Positions 38,648-51,211 of a stretch of DNA of 64,000 nt are shown in pieces. Made by a program: the position numbers and the translations under genes. Positions within the stretch are counted from its first letter, which is position 1. The number at the start of each line of letters is the position of its first letter. The stretch covers positions 41,690,442 through 41,754,441 of the forward strand of contig JAHRHZ010000021.1 of the NCBI GenBank assembly GCA_024137785.1. Reading direction: 5' to 3'. The notes beneath the pieces were generated by a model. That model saw nothing but the letters and a program-made list of their open reading frames with translations. It ran no database searches and was not told the origin of the DNA. The stretch comes from Ginglymostoma cirratum (lineage: Eukaryota).

Positions 38648-38737
38648 GACTCCACCTGACGAAGGTGCAGTGCACTGAAGGTTGTGATTTCAAATAAACC
38701 TGTCGGACTATAACATGGTGTTGTGTAACTTCTGACA
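38648..38737 (+). mobile_element. Penelope pLTR-like 3' fragment with degenerate hammerhead motif and AATAAA
   Basis: cac-CTGACGA-aggtgcagtgcact-GAAG-gtt-gtg followed by caaataaacctgtcggactataacatggtgttgtg. Confidence 0.6.
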
Positions 38738-38951
38738 CTATCTAATTGGAAGAAATTTCTGCTCATCCAGTGCTGTGTATTAGAAATTCCCGATCCCTCG
38801 GTATTTTGTATGTCTGTTTCACTTCCTCTTTCATAAAAACACTGCGCGCGTTGTACCAGGAAACATAACACTTCAAGTATTTAGGTCAGTGTTAAGGTTC
38901 TAAGTACAGAATGGCAAAATTTCCAGTAAAATCCCCTGTATACTGCTCAAA

Positions 38952-38968
38952 TGTGTGTGTGTGTGTGT
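38952..38968 (+). repeat. (TG)8 microsatellite
   Basis: tgtgtgtgtgtgtgtgt. Confidence 0.9.
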
Positions 38969-39877
38969 CAGGCATATCTCCATTTCCTAACTAGCTATTT
39001 GTTAATGAATACTGAACTAAGAGCACAATTGCCCTGGGTCAGCCAGTTTCATAAGTGGAGCCAGCCATTAGAGTCAAAAAAGAAAGTGCTAGACCAAAGA
39101 AAATTGATCAATATTTGATAAATAACAATGACTAAACCAATCAAGTGGATAATTTCCTGAGTTGTTATGGTCTCTTTCTAATATTCTTGAAAAAGCAAAA
39201 GAAAAAAAATCCAAAATTTTTAAAACAAACTAAATTTGACAGTTGAAAATCCCTTTGTGATGTGTTTTTCGCTTCATTTGTAAAATGTAGAAAATGAAAT
39301 TAATGAAAATTTAAGCTAATGGAAACTTAGATGTCAATAAAAGAATTTTTGTTCTATATTTACAGCATGATTCCAATTGCATGATGTATCTCAAGTTGTT
39401 GACTGTCCCAACGGACCCTAAGTTAATCAAAACCAAAGCACATAGTGCCTCAGTGGCTTGTGCCCATATTTTACTTGAAAAATTCCTGTTTAGAAACACT
39501 CTCAAGAGCACTATCGTGGTATTCAAGAGCCCAAAACTAATGAAACTGTTGTGACATTCATTCCGGATGTACCTTTAAACAATATGAATTTAGAAAATGC
39601 ATCCTGCTGCTACAAAATTGTACAAAATATTCTAGTGATACATTTACTAAAAATGTCTCAATTACAACTCTACATGGCATATAGCTCCTATTATTTTAAA
39701 AGCAAAACCTGTTTGGACGTGTTATGATGCATCTTTGTGGTCTGGATTTAAACCTGGATCTTCTGGTCTTTACTACCACTATACCTTCCTTTGTTCCTTT
39801 TCAATGTTGACTTTGATCAAAGTGACTTTAAAGGGGCTCCCATCCTATCCTATTGCTTTTTAAAAAACCCTACTTAC

Positions 39878-40000
39878 CAACACAATCCTTCTTGTTCCAA
39901 TGCAACTTCTTCCCAGGAGGGCACACACATTCATAACTTCCCATCGTATTAACGCAACTATAGTCACAGCTCCCATTATTAATACTGCACTCATCGATAT
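39878..40000 (-). CDS. SCUBE1: SCUBE1 coding exon, last EGF-like repeat
   Basis: gacag|AT..., (D)[40 protein letters not shown], donor G|gtaagt; 123 nt. Confidence 0.95.
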
Positions 40001-40893
40001 CTGTCAAGATAAATTTCAGTGGCTAGAATGAAAATCTGGGCTGAGAAAGAAACAGTTCCATTTAATGTTTGTACATAACGTATTTACTCCATGAAAACAA
40101 ACAAACATATTCCTTGTACAGAATTCATGTAATGAACAAATATCATGACAGTAAATAAACATCTAGGTAGGAGAATTAAATAAATCAGTTAGTCAAGTAT
40201 TTCATTATGCCAGGAAACAAGCTGCACATCAACTGTGCATTTAGTGGGGAAATAAAAGAGCAATTTTAATGCCTAACATTCAAATAACATTTAATAGAAA
40301 AATAAGTTGCAACTGCTCAAAGTGTAGCTGGCTGTGTGCTCTATTTATGCTACCTCCTACATGGGATTTTCCCTTCACTATTCTATGTTTCCTGATTCTG
40401 GCCAAATCCATTTAATTGGTCCCATTAGTATTTGGTCCTTGACAACCCTCCAAAATCCCTACTCTTCTGCCTCGTGCCTCATCAGCCGCTGAGCCGGACT
40501 TCACTCATTTTTTTTTAAACCCTCTATCTGCCTCCTCCAATGGGTCCATCATGGAATCTGTTCTGTTCTTAACAGCACTAACCCAAACTTCACCACCCTG
40601 CACTTTCACTAACACTGATCACTGAAAAAAGTATCCGTGATCATTTTTTAGCATCCGTTTACATCCCATTCTCTCTACATCCTGCCAACCCTATTTTCTT
40701 CTGCATTCACACTTTCTTCAATGTGCTTATCATCACACTTTAAAACTTTGTACTGATGAGTCTATGGTCCTCCATTTACTATAGTATTTCAAACAGTTAC
40801 ATTAGTATTGACTAACATTGGATAGTACCTAATACTAATCATTGCAGTTTCAGTCCATGTGAATTATAATGGCATTCATCGTATTGAACAAAC

Positions 40894-41010
40894 CTCCACA
40901 ATGTGTCAGTCCATATAAGGTATAACCTTTATGACACAAGCATTCGAAGCTTCCTGGGTAGTTAATGCACATGTGGTCACATGTTCTTTCAAAGGAACAC
41001 TCATCGATAT
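40894..41010 (-). CDS. SCUBE1: SCUBE1 coding exon, calcium-binding EGF-like repeat (most 5' exon recognised in window)
   Basis: Minus strand tttag|AT ATC GAT GAG TGT... translates (D)[38 protein letters not shown]; donor G|gtttgt; 117 nt, phase 1-1. Confidence 0.93.
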
Positions 41011-41479
41011 CTAAAATTGGAGAAGAAACATTACACCATTAAAAAGACCTGTCAGATATAGTGTAACTATAACAAGAACATAGGAATAATACCTGCTCAA
41101 TTTTCAAGTGGTGTGATAATGAAAAAAAAATTGTTGATATTTAGGATATTCACAGTTGCATTTTCAATGTTCTATATAAAGCTGGTCACCATATAAGGAG
41201 AGCTTCAGCAGGAACAGCAAGATCGGAAAGCTCCAAAGGTCAACATGAGTAATGTTATACAGGTGTTAGTGATTCACTGACATTTACCAAGTGTACTTGT
41301 AAACTTAGTTTTTTCAAACACTGCATACAAAATGTTCAAACCTCAATGGGAATAAAGCACAACGGCACCTTGTTAGTTTCACATTTAACAACATCACCAA
41401 CTTCAGCCGCTCACAGAAGCAAGAGGAAATGAATTGTGAAAAAATAGCCGAATTAATAATTACATTAATAATTAGATCG

Positions 41480-42690
41480 ATTTGGAAAGGTAGGATGAAT
41501 TTATTCAGGGAAAATCAGGTCAAACCAACATGGAGGTTTTTTGAAAAGGTAACAGGGTTGATAAGGTTTATGCTGTTGATACGAGTATATTGACTACCAA
41601 AAGGCACTTTAACACAGTTCCACATACAGATGAGTGAGGAATGTTATTGGTCATGGAATAAAAGCAATGTAAAAGTAAAAATGTGATTACTAAACTGGCT
41701 GAGGGATAGGAAACAGAGTAATGGTTAATGGGTATGTTTCAGAGTGGAAGGAGGTTTGTAGTGGAGGTCCCCAGAGATCAGTCTTGGAGACCTTGCTTTT
41801 GCTAATTTATATAAACGATCTAGATTTTAGTGCGCAGAGAATAATTTCAAAATTTGTGGATGATGAAAAACTTGGAAGAATTGTAAACTGTGAGGATAGT
41901 GTCGAACACATTTGAGGAGTGAGCTGCTCGGGGGGCAGATGAAGTTCAGTGCGGAGAAGTGCAAGATGCTGCACTTTGCCCCAACGAACATGGAGAGATA
42001 GCATTAAAACATGGGTGCTATTCTAGAGGGTGTGCAGCAGCTCAGAGACCTGGGCTTATATGTACACAAGTCATTAAAGGTGGCAAGACAGGTAGAGTTA
42101 GCTGTTAATAAACTATACAGTGTTCTAGGCTTCTTAAAAATGGGGCCATAAAGTCCAAGAGTAGGGAGATGATGATGAATATAAGACACTGGTGAGACCT
42201 CAGCTGGGGTATTGTGTAGTGGCCCCTGCACTACATGAAGGATGAGCAGACATTGAAGAGAGTACAGAAGAGGCTTACAGGAATGGTCCCAGGCATAAGA
42301 AACTCAGTTATGAGGACAGATCAGAGAAATTGGGACTGCTTTTCTTGGGAAAGGAAAAAGCTAAGTGACAAAAATTTTCAAGATGATGTGGAGTCATGGT
42401 AAGGTGGTTAGAGAATGATTGTTCTGAATCATACAGATGGAAAGCCAGAGAGCACAGTTTTAAAGCGTTTTACAAAAGAAGCAAATGCAAGGACCCGATC
42501 ACCTTGGAAGGCTGGTGAAGGCACATTTAATTGGTGCATTTAAGAGAACATTATTTTAATTCAAATAATTACCCAATCTGCTGGGTTATGGGGAAAGGCA
42601 GGAAATTGGCTCTGTCTAAATTCTGAGAAAGCCAATGCAAACACAACGGATCAAAGGACCTCCTTCTGTATCATAATATTGAGATGCTGT
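41480..42690 (+). mobile_element. CR1 LINE ORF2 fragment to 3' end
   Basis: SGGPQRSVLETLLLLIYINDLD...ISKFVDDEKLG; KTLVRPQL.YCV; ERVQKRLTGMVP. Confidence 0.85.
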
Positions 42691-42989
42691 GAAATTTGAA
42701 TAATTGAATGTCATAATATCACGAGTCCTGCTGCAGTTGATTGAAAATGCAAACAAGAAAGTAGGACAAAACTATATCCACAGCTGATAACTGTGGGAAT
42801 TCTTCTAATTGGTCCAACGGGATGGAAATTCCTTACTGTAAACAATACAGTACTTCTATTTTTCAGAAAGTGGTTTGAAAATTACAAAGTGTGGTGAAAA
42901 GGTTTAATGGGTTGATTACCATCTGAAAGAAGAGTCGACATTTTGATGCAAAGCTTCATTCTCGTGGAAGACCCACAGAAAACATCAAC

Positions 42990-43878
42990 TTTGGATGTGA
43001 ACATAGGAGGTATGGTTAGTACATTCGCAGATGACACCAAAATTAGACAGCGAGGGAGGTTACCTCAGGAGAACAACGGGCCAAGGAATTTCAGTTGGAC
43101 CTTAATTTAGATAAATATGAGGTGCTGCATTTTGGAAAGGCAAATCAGGGCAGGACTTTACCATTAAGTGTACAAGTCCTGGGGATCACTGATAAATAAA
43201 GAGACTTTGGAGTGCAGGTTCATAGTCCCTTGAAAGTAGAGTCACATTTAGACAGGATAGTGAGGGTGCTGATTGGTACGCTCGGCTTGGTTAGTCAGTG
43301 CATTGAGTATTGGAGTTGGGAGGTAACGTTGCGGCCACACGGGCTATTGGCTGGGCCACTTTTGGGCACTGTGTGCAATTCTGGTCTCCCTGCTATAGCA
43401 AGGATGTTGCAAAACTTGAACAGGGTTCAGAAACGACTTACAAGGATGTTGCCAGGGTTGGAAGGTTTGAGCTATAGGGAGGGGCTGAATAGGCTGGGGT
43501 TATTCTCCCTGGATTGTCAGAAACTGAGGGTGGCCTTACAGAAGTTTATAAAATCATGATGCACATAGACAAGGTGAATAACCAAAGTCTTTTCCCGAAG
43601 GTAGTGGAGTCCAAACCTAGACAGCATAGGTTTAAGGTGAGAGGGGCAACGTTTTCCACACAGAGGGTGGTGCGTGTATGGAATGAGCTGCCAAAGGAAG
43701 TGGTGGAGGCAGGTACAATTACAACATTTAAAAGGCATTTGGATGGGTATATGAATAGGAAGGGTTTACAGGGATATGAGCCAAATGCTGGCAAATGGGA
43801 CTAGATTAATTTAGTATATCTGGTTGGCATGGACAAGTTGGGCTAAAGGGTCTATTTCTGTGCTGTACATCTCTAGAA
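42990..43878 (+). mobile_element. CR1 (HER1-like) LINE 3' fragment, relatively young
   Basis: FADDTKI; RVQKRLTRMLPGLEGLSYREGLNRLGLFSL; FSTQRVVRVWNELPKEVVEAGTITTFKRHLDGYMNRKGL. Confidence 0.92.
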
Positions 43879-44321
43879 CTTCAACTTTTCTTCTTTTCCT
43901 TCTGTAAGTATCTTCCAGAAGTTGTCATATCCATCTTACAAAATTCCATGACATCTTAGAATTTTGCTTCATATACTAAATGATATCAGAGTGAGTTATT
44001 TCCCCAGCTGAAACTAGAGTGTGGTGGCAGTTTCTGTCTTCTCCAGTCCAATAAATGTACATATTTACTTAAGTACAAGTGAAATGAATTATCGGACAAA
44101 CATACATCATATTTGTGCAGAAGATAACCCAGATCACGTACGTTAAACAAGTGGATTTTCCTGATCATGGTTTTGATTGCAATATTTTGGTCTGCGTTGT
44201 CTCTGTTTGAAATGCAAACCTATTGCTGGCAAAGTTTCTCATTACCTCCTGGGATTAATGTGATATTTTCCATGTGCTTCAGAACCCCTCATTTCCCCCG
44301 AAAGCTGTACAGTTCATCCTG

Positions 44322-44538
44322 CCATGATTTTTAACTTTTTGTTTTAAATTTTAAAAATATACTTTATTCATAAAATCTTTTACACATCTAGAGTCACTAA
44401 AGCAGTTTGGCTCAGTGCGGTAGCATATGAAGAAACCAAATAAACATCAGAGTTTGACTCCAGCCAGCACACAAACCCAAGACATATGTTACTCATATTA
44501 CTCATTTACGGCCCTGGGAGGGTCCGTTAACTGAATGG
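44322..44538 (-). mobile_element. 5'-truncated retroposed fragment (Tx1/L1-like 3' end) with target-site duplication
   Basis: acagttcatcctg at 44309-44321 and 44539-44551; minus strand ends ttttatgaataaagtatattttt followed by an A-rich tail. Confidence 0.6.
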
Positions 44539-44551
44539 ACAGTTCATCCTG

Positions 44552-44910
44552 GTATCATATTTGACCCCGAGACAAGCTTTGAATCATATTCTGCTATTAT
44601 TAAGGCCACACATTTCCACTTCTATAACGGTATCTGATTCCAACTTACTTTATCTGTTGATAAAACACTTATCCACACCTTCATTACCTCCAGGTTTGAC
44701 TATTCAAATGCAACCCTGGCTGAGTTACCACATTCTACACTGCCTGAACTTGAGGCAATCCAAATTTCTGCTACTCATGTCTAAACTCTCACTATCTATC
44801 ATTCAGTGATCACATTTTCTCCCTGACCTACAATGGCTGCTGGTTAAGCAACATCTAATTTTAAAATTCAAACTTTTACGTTCAAGGCTTTGCCACTCCT
44901 GATCCTGCCT
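44552..44910 (+). mobile_element. L2 LINE ORF2 C-terminal fragment
   Basis: acacttatccacaccttcattacctccaggtttgactattcaaatgcaaccctggct = TLIHTFITSRFDYSNATLA (L2 LIHAF.TSRLDYCN motif); later L.WL.VKQ..FKI. Confidence 0.75.
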
Positions 44911-45624
44911 TGGAACTCTATTGCCATTCCGAAAACTTTGCTGGGCCAAAATCCTGCAACTCCCTCCCTAACAGCACAATAGACCACCTTCACCAGGATG
45001 GGACTTCAGCAATCCAAGGAGTCAGCTCACCACCTTCAAGAACAATTAGAGATGAACCATCAAATAGCTTGAATTTTAGGGTCTTAAAAGAGGTGCCTTC
45101 AGAGATTGGTTATAATCGCTCAAAATTGTCTTGATTCTGGAAGGGCCCCTGTGGATTTGGAAAACCACAAATCTAACAGCTCTGCTGCTGAGGTGGAAGA
45201 CAGAAATCGAGAGATTTTGGACCAGTCAGCCTAACACCTGTCATAGGAAATATTTCTAGTTCCATAATTCAGCAGGTAACAAAATACAGAAGAGAATGAA
45301 ATTGCAGTCAGGCAGAAACAACAGTCTGGTGAAAGGCAAACGTGGTTGACTGAATGAAGGGTACAAGAATTTATAGCTTATTTGGATTTCTGAAGGGAAA
45401 TTAAGTGAGCTGCGACACTGACCATTGCTGCACCAAAATAAATATGTTTGGGAAACAAATGGGAATGGATTAAGGATTGATTAGCTAACAGGAAACAGAA
45501 TGGGAATCTGCAGCAGAGTACCACTCCATTACCATGGCGATCAATGCTGGGGTTTTAACTACTTATAATCTACATTAAAGACTTAGATACAAGAACTGAC
45601 TGTGTTATGGATTTGTATTTATTA

Positions 45625-45865
45625 AGAGCATAGGATTAAGGTGGGGGGGGGGTGGAATGTAAAAGGGACCGAAGGGGCAACTTTTTCAGACAGGGTGGTG
45701 TGTGTATGGAATGAGCTGCCAGAGAAAGTGGTGGAGGCTGGTACAATTACAACATTTGAAAGGCATCTAGATGGGTACATGAATAAGAAGGGTTTGAAGG
45801 TATATGGGCCAAGTGCTGGCATATGGGACTAGATTAATTGTTCATAATGGACAAGTTGGACCGAC
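45625..45865 (+). mobile_element. CR1 (HER1-like) 3' end
   Basis: RVVCVWNELPEKVVEAGTITTFERHLDGYMNKKGL. Confidence 0.9.
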
Positions 45866-45871
45866 CGGTTT

Positions 45872-46785
45872 GTACAGCACAGAAACAGACCCTTCGGTCC
45901 AACTCATTCATGCTGACCAGATAACCTACTTAATCTAGTCCCATTTGCCAGTATTTGGCCCATATCTCTCCAAACCCTTCTTATTCATGTACCCATCTAA
46001 ATGCCTTTTAAATGTTGTAATTGTACCAGCCTCCACCACTTCCTCTGGCAGCTCATTCCATACATGCACCACCCCCTGTATGGAAAACATTGCCCCTAAA
46101 AGTCCCTTTTTATATGTTTTCCCCCCCTCACCTTAAACTTCTGCTCTCTAGATTTGGACTGCCTTACCCTGGGGGAAAAAAACCATGGCTATTCACCATA
46201 TCCATGACCCTCATGATTTTATGAACCTCTATAAGGTCACCCCTCAGCCTCCAACATTCCAAGGAAAATAGCCACAGCCTTTTTAGCATCTCCCGATAGC
46301 TCAAACCCTCCAACCCCAGCAACACCCTTTTCTGAACTTTCTCAAGCTTAAAATCTTTCCTAGAGCAGGGAGATGAGAATTGAATGCAGTATTCCAAAAG
46401 AGGCCTAACCAATGTCCTGTACAACCACAACAGGACATTCCAACTCCTTTACTCAATGCACTGACCAATAAAGGCAAGTTTACCAAACGCCTTCTTCACT
46501 ACCCTATCTACCTGTGACTCCACTTTCGAGGAACTACGAACTTGTACCCCAAAGTCTCTTTGTTCGATAACACTCCCAGGACCTCACCATTAAGTGTATA
46601 AGTCCAGCCCTGGTTTGCCTATCCAAAATGCAATACCTCACATTTATCTAAATTAAACTCCATCTGATCAAGGTCCTGCTGTCCTGAGAGATTATCTTCT
46701 TCACTATCTACTACGCCTCCAATTTTGATGTCATCTGCAAACATAGTAACCATTCCTCCTACATCACACCCAAATCATTTATATT
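45872..46785 (-). mobile_element. CR1 (HER1-like) 3' fragment, tail-to-tail with the preceding copy
   Basis: LYRTLVRPLLEYCIQF...LEKVQKR..LEGLSYRE..LFSLE.WRLRGDLIEV; gtcatctgcaaa (FADD on minus). Confidence 0.92.
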
Positions 46786-49344
46786 TATATTGCCACTAAA
46801 CTTATATGTAAGAAAGCAAAGTTGTGAAGAGTACATTAGGAGTATATAAAGGATACAGATGGTTTAAATGAGTGGACAAAAATTCAGTCAAGCAAAATGT
46901 GGCAAAATATAGGCTCCTCCACTGGCAAGAATGAAAACAGACGGAATATTATTTGAAAATGATTTAAAAAGGAGAGAGATTGTAAAAATCTGTGCAACAG
47001 AAAGTATCTTGTTAGATGAATCACGTTAAGTTAACATACAGGTACAGCAAGTGATTAGGGACACAAAGATACTGTTGGCTTTTGTTGCAAATGAAATAGA
47101 GTATAAAAAAAGGGAAACTTTGCTGCAACTATATGGGGCCTTAGTGAGACCCTAAGTGGAGTAGTGTATGTGGTTTTAGTCTCCTTAACCAGGAAGGATA
47201 ATAACTGCATTTGAAGCAATTCAGAGAATGTTCAGCCTGCAGATTCCTGGGCTGAAGGTCGTCTTGTATAACACAAGATTGAGCAAGTTATCCTCATACT
47301 TACTGGAATTTTAAGAGGGAGGTGATCTTATTGAAACGTATAAGATTCTTAGCGAACCTGACAGGCTGAAATGCTTACAGGATGTTTCTTGTGGGGAGTT
47401 GAAAACCTGCTTGGGGTATAGTTTACAAATAAGGCAAGAGTCTCATTTAAGATGGAAATGGAAAAACATTTTCTTTAGGTGGTGTGTTACACAATTGAAT
47501 TCTCTTCTACAGACAGCAATGGCGGCTGAGTCATTAAATATCTTCAAGGCTGAGCTGGACAGGTATTTTGATTGACAGAAGAGTCAAGGGTTATAGAGAG
47601 CAGAATAGGGAATTGGCAAAGATGCAGGCAGAATAGGTATGATCTTATTGCCTAAGAGCAAGTTTGAAGGACTGAATGGTCCAATTTCTTATGATCTTGG
47701 ATGTCGGCTTACCAACAATGTTCACTTTCTACAAAATAATATATTTAAAAAGAAACAGGCTGGTTTAGGTTTAAGCCCTCCACACATTTTCAATAAAGAA
47801 CAACACTGGAACAGAACCAACTCCAATAAAATTTTCTATGGATGTTGTGTTTAATGCACCTGGTCAACTTATTTTTTAAAAACATTTTCATAATGAGTAT
47901 TCAAATGATTGCGACGTGCGTTATGAGTTAACATTTTGTGTCTTGATTCCAGGTTTGAATCTGGAGGAGACTGGTGGAATGAATACATCTTAGGGGAATT
48001 TTCACCAATGCATTAGTCCATGGAGTGGTGACCTGCTTGAAAGCCACGTCTACCCGATTTCCTACCAGACAGTTAAAGTCTACTCTCCACTTCCACTTGC
48101 AGCTTGCTTGCAGTTTGTGCTGCTTGTTTTCATTAAAGTGTTCTGATTTCAGCACAGATTGGCACTAATTTGGCAAACACACTCAGATATGGAATATAAC
48201 TGGAAACAGAAATCACACTGATGCACTACAATTAAGTAGTGCACAACAATTGAAGCACATTTATTAAAGCATTTTGGAAGTTTTACTTTGCATCTGGTAG
48301 TGTTATAGCTGAGTTGGGAGTATCTTGTCCACACTCAGTACCCAACTTCAAAAGCTTTTCTATTTCCAAGCACCACGGTCTCTCAGTTTAACTAACACAA
48401 AAGCAGAGGAAGCTTAATGTTGCTATCAAAGACATGTAAACTCAATTACAACATTTTGCCCTGTAATACAAAGCAATATAAAGAGCATGCTCATGCAATC
48501 AAATTCTCAATGACTAGTAATTTACACATAAAGAGATTTCAGTCTATAAAACCAACTACTTAGCACATTCTGGTCAATTTCCCCCACAGCAACCTATAAA
48601 TCAACTCTGTACCGCTTTGCTCAAGATATCCATCAATTTACAAAGCTACAGGAACAGAATAAAATATTAATGACAAACTGTGTCTGGAGTTAATTACAGA
48701 GCAAACTCCCTCAGTGAGTGGTGCGGGTGTTAATGCCCATAAGAAACAGACTGCTGATACTGCACTGCTTTGTCTGCTAGCAGCTGCTCCCAATAAAGTT
48801 GCCCAAGGGGGAAGATACTCATATTAAGGCAAAATCCAACTCCCAGTTCCTGTGGATTTTCTTTGTGCTATCTAAACCAATTACTCTAATTATTGAAATG
48901 CACATCATGGGATTAAACAGAAGGTATGTTGGGAGTTGGGGGAAGAGAAAAACTAATAACCAAATATAATATGGATCAGTATCATTATCCATTTAGGAAG
49001 TAGTTTTTTTAAAAAATTAGTTTGCTTCTAACACTAGGATATCAACAATAAAGAAGATGTCGACCCTTGCTTAATCAACTATAAAAGACAACAAGAGTCT
49101 GCCCAATTAAGTTTACTTTTCATTGATAATGCTATGTCTTACACTATACCTATGGTCACCAGAGGGTGCTTTCACATTTGTCTTTATTCCTCCAATCAAG
49201 CTAACAAATCTACTCTAATCCCTACCCTGGCTCCAATTCTCCTCATTAAATATTAAGTTACAATCTAATTTTTCAAACCAACAGCGTACATCTGCTTACT
49301 TCAGTATCAACAGAGTTGCACAAGAAGGGTGATGACAAACTGAA

Positions 49345-49460
49345 CGGCTCTTATGACGCAGTGGTAGTGTCCCTACCTCTGGATCAGAAGGCCTGGGTTA
49401 AAGTCTCACCTGCTCAGCGGTGTGTCATAACATACTTGAACAGACTGAGTAAAATATCTA
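49345..49460 (+). mobile_element. Short tRNA-derived SINE (more decayed copy at about 25196-25285)
   Basis: ggctcttatgacgcagtggtagtgtccctacctctggatcagaaggcctgggttaaagtctcacc: A-box and B-box-like head. Confidence 0.55.
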
Positions 49461-50247
49461 CTCTGGTATCAACCTTTGCATCTTTTACTCAGGCTCATCC
49501 ACAACTGCCTACCTGCTGCCCATTTCCTGCTTTGCTACCAGTTGGCTTGCTACTCTGGTTTCTCCCCCCCTCCAAGATTCCTTCTGCCCTATTCAAGGGG
49601 TTCTGTTCTCACTCACCTGCTGATTGCTCCAATCTACTCAAACCTGATCACAAATGTGGCTTCTCACTGTCAAGCTGTTTTTACTGTGCCTCAATCTGTC
49701 GCTATCAGCATTCAGCACGATTTATGTTCCCACTTTGTCCATTCTCGGACTGAACTCCTTGCACCCTGTTCTCTTGTTGTTCACACCTCTCACTTAGACA
49801 CATCAACATGGTCTCCTGGCCTGTACCCATGCTTCTCTCTTGACCCACTGCCAATAAGATCTGCCCTGCAAATGTAGAGTCCTGTTTTGGTACCTTCTCA
49901 AAATTGATGGGTATCTTCACCATTGAAAAGAACTGCACACTGGCCATGGTCTCATTTCTTCTCAAAATGCTACTTCAAATTCAATCTTCAATATCTTTCC
50001 TCAACTCATCCCTCAGGATCTTCTAACTTCTTGGAAATTTTAAATTGTAGCACTCTTAAATTTTATAGTTCTTCAAAAATGCGCTCTCAATTTGAGAAAT
50101 CAGAACTCACATTTCTTATTTGCCACCCATTCTATGCTCTGACAGTAATCTTGCCCAACACATCCTTCAGCAAGCTCTCCTATTAAAGATCTTGCACAGG
50201 GTCCATACTCCACTGGAAACTACAAGGTAAACATTTCCTATGGAAGG

Positions 50248-51211
50248 TGCAATGTAAAAATTTCAGACTTGGCTATATATGAGACCTACCACAACACAAT
50301 ATAGCACCAATATCCTTAAGATTAAAACCAACACTGTATAACAACCATTATTTTTAAGACAATTAGGAATAGTGGAACCTGGTAGTCCACTATATAATGC
50401 AACACTAGGTTTAGCCTCAAAGCATCAACTGTGTCAGAGGAAGAGGGAGAGAGACCGAGAGAAAGTGAGAGTTTCTTAGAAAACATGAGAGAAAACGTGT
50501 AAATTCTAGAAGGAGAGAGCACGTGCACAAGTCATAGAAACACCAAGTGAGAGAAAGTCCCAGAAAAATAGCGAGAGCAAGAGCACAAACATGCAAGTTC
50601 TGGACAGAGTCCTAGAGAGCAAGACCACACAAGTTCTAAAGAGAGAAGGACAGAAAGTGACAGTACAGTCTTTGACAGTGTGAGAAGCTTTTGGATACCA
50701 GACAAAATGCAGGAGGGAAGATGTTTCTTGGTGGAAGAAATGGAACCCATGAAAATTACAGGGTTTTGAAAGATTATTCCTGGAACAACCAGAGAAGGGA
50801 ATCACCAGAGTGAGCTGTTAGTTTGTGACTTCTCAGAAGACTGAGGGAAAGGAGCTTCAACGATTTCTGGATATTACAACTCAAAAGAAAATTGGTCAAA
50901 ATGAGTCCATTGGAACTGGACAGAACTTTGAACTGTGGCCTATAAAGACTGCAATTCTATGGAGAGCATGCTGCAGTGCATTAATGCGCAGTAAAGATGT
51001 TAGTCCTATTAAGAAAATAATAAGTGATCTTTTCTGTACTGTAGTGTATTTGTTGTCTAGTAAGCAATTTGTAGGTGAATGTTATTTTTAAGCTTGTTTG
51101 TTACAATAAAAATCTTAAAATTTAAAATCTTACTGCACAACCCTTTAAACCCACTATGAGAAATTCAAGAATCTTCTCAAAGATTAATCAGCTGCCCCAG
51201 GGGTCATAACA
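50248..51211 (+). mobile_element. Probable solo LTR inserted in a CR1 remnant
   Basis: Begins TG, ends gtcataaCA; GA-rich interior; AATAAA near 51105; CR1-like 3' sequence resumes immediately after; TSD imperfect (aagg/aggg). Confidence 0.45.

Larger units (their letters stand above)
45055..47700 (+). mobile_element. Old CR1 LINE split by younger CR1 insertions (parts about 45055-45620 and 46790-47700)
   Basis: Left part ends with atctacattaaagacttagat (IYI.DLD); right part resumes gccactaaactt...agttgtgaagag (TKL...SCEE) and continues through LYGALVRP to the 3' UTR. Confidence 0.65.

Noticed and set aside
49345-49420. tRNA gene candidates (also 1387-1445 and 17480-17540)
   Set aside because: Degenerate SINE heads without a complete cloverleaf, continuing into SINE bodies.
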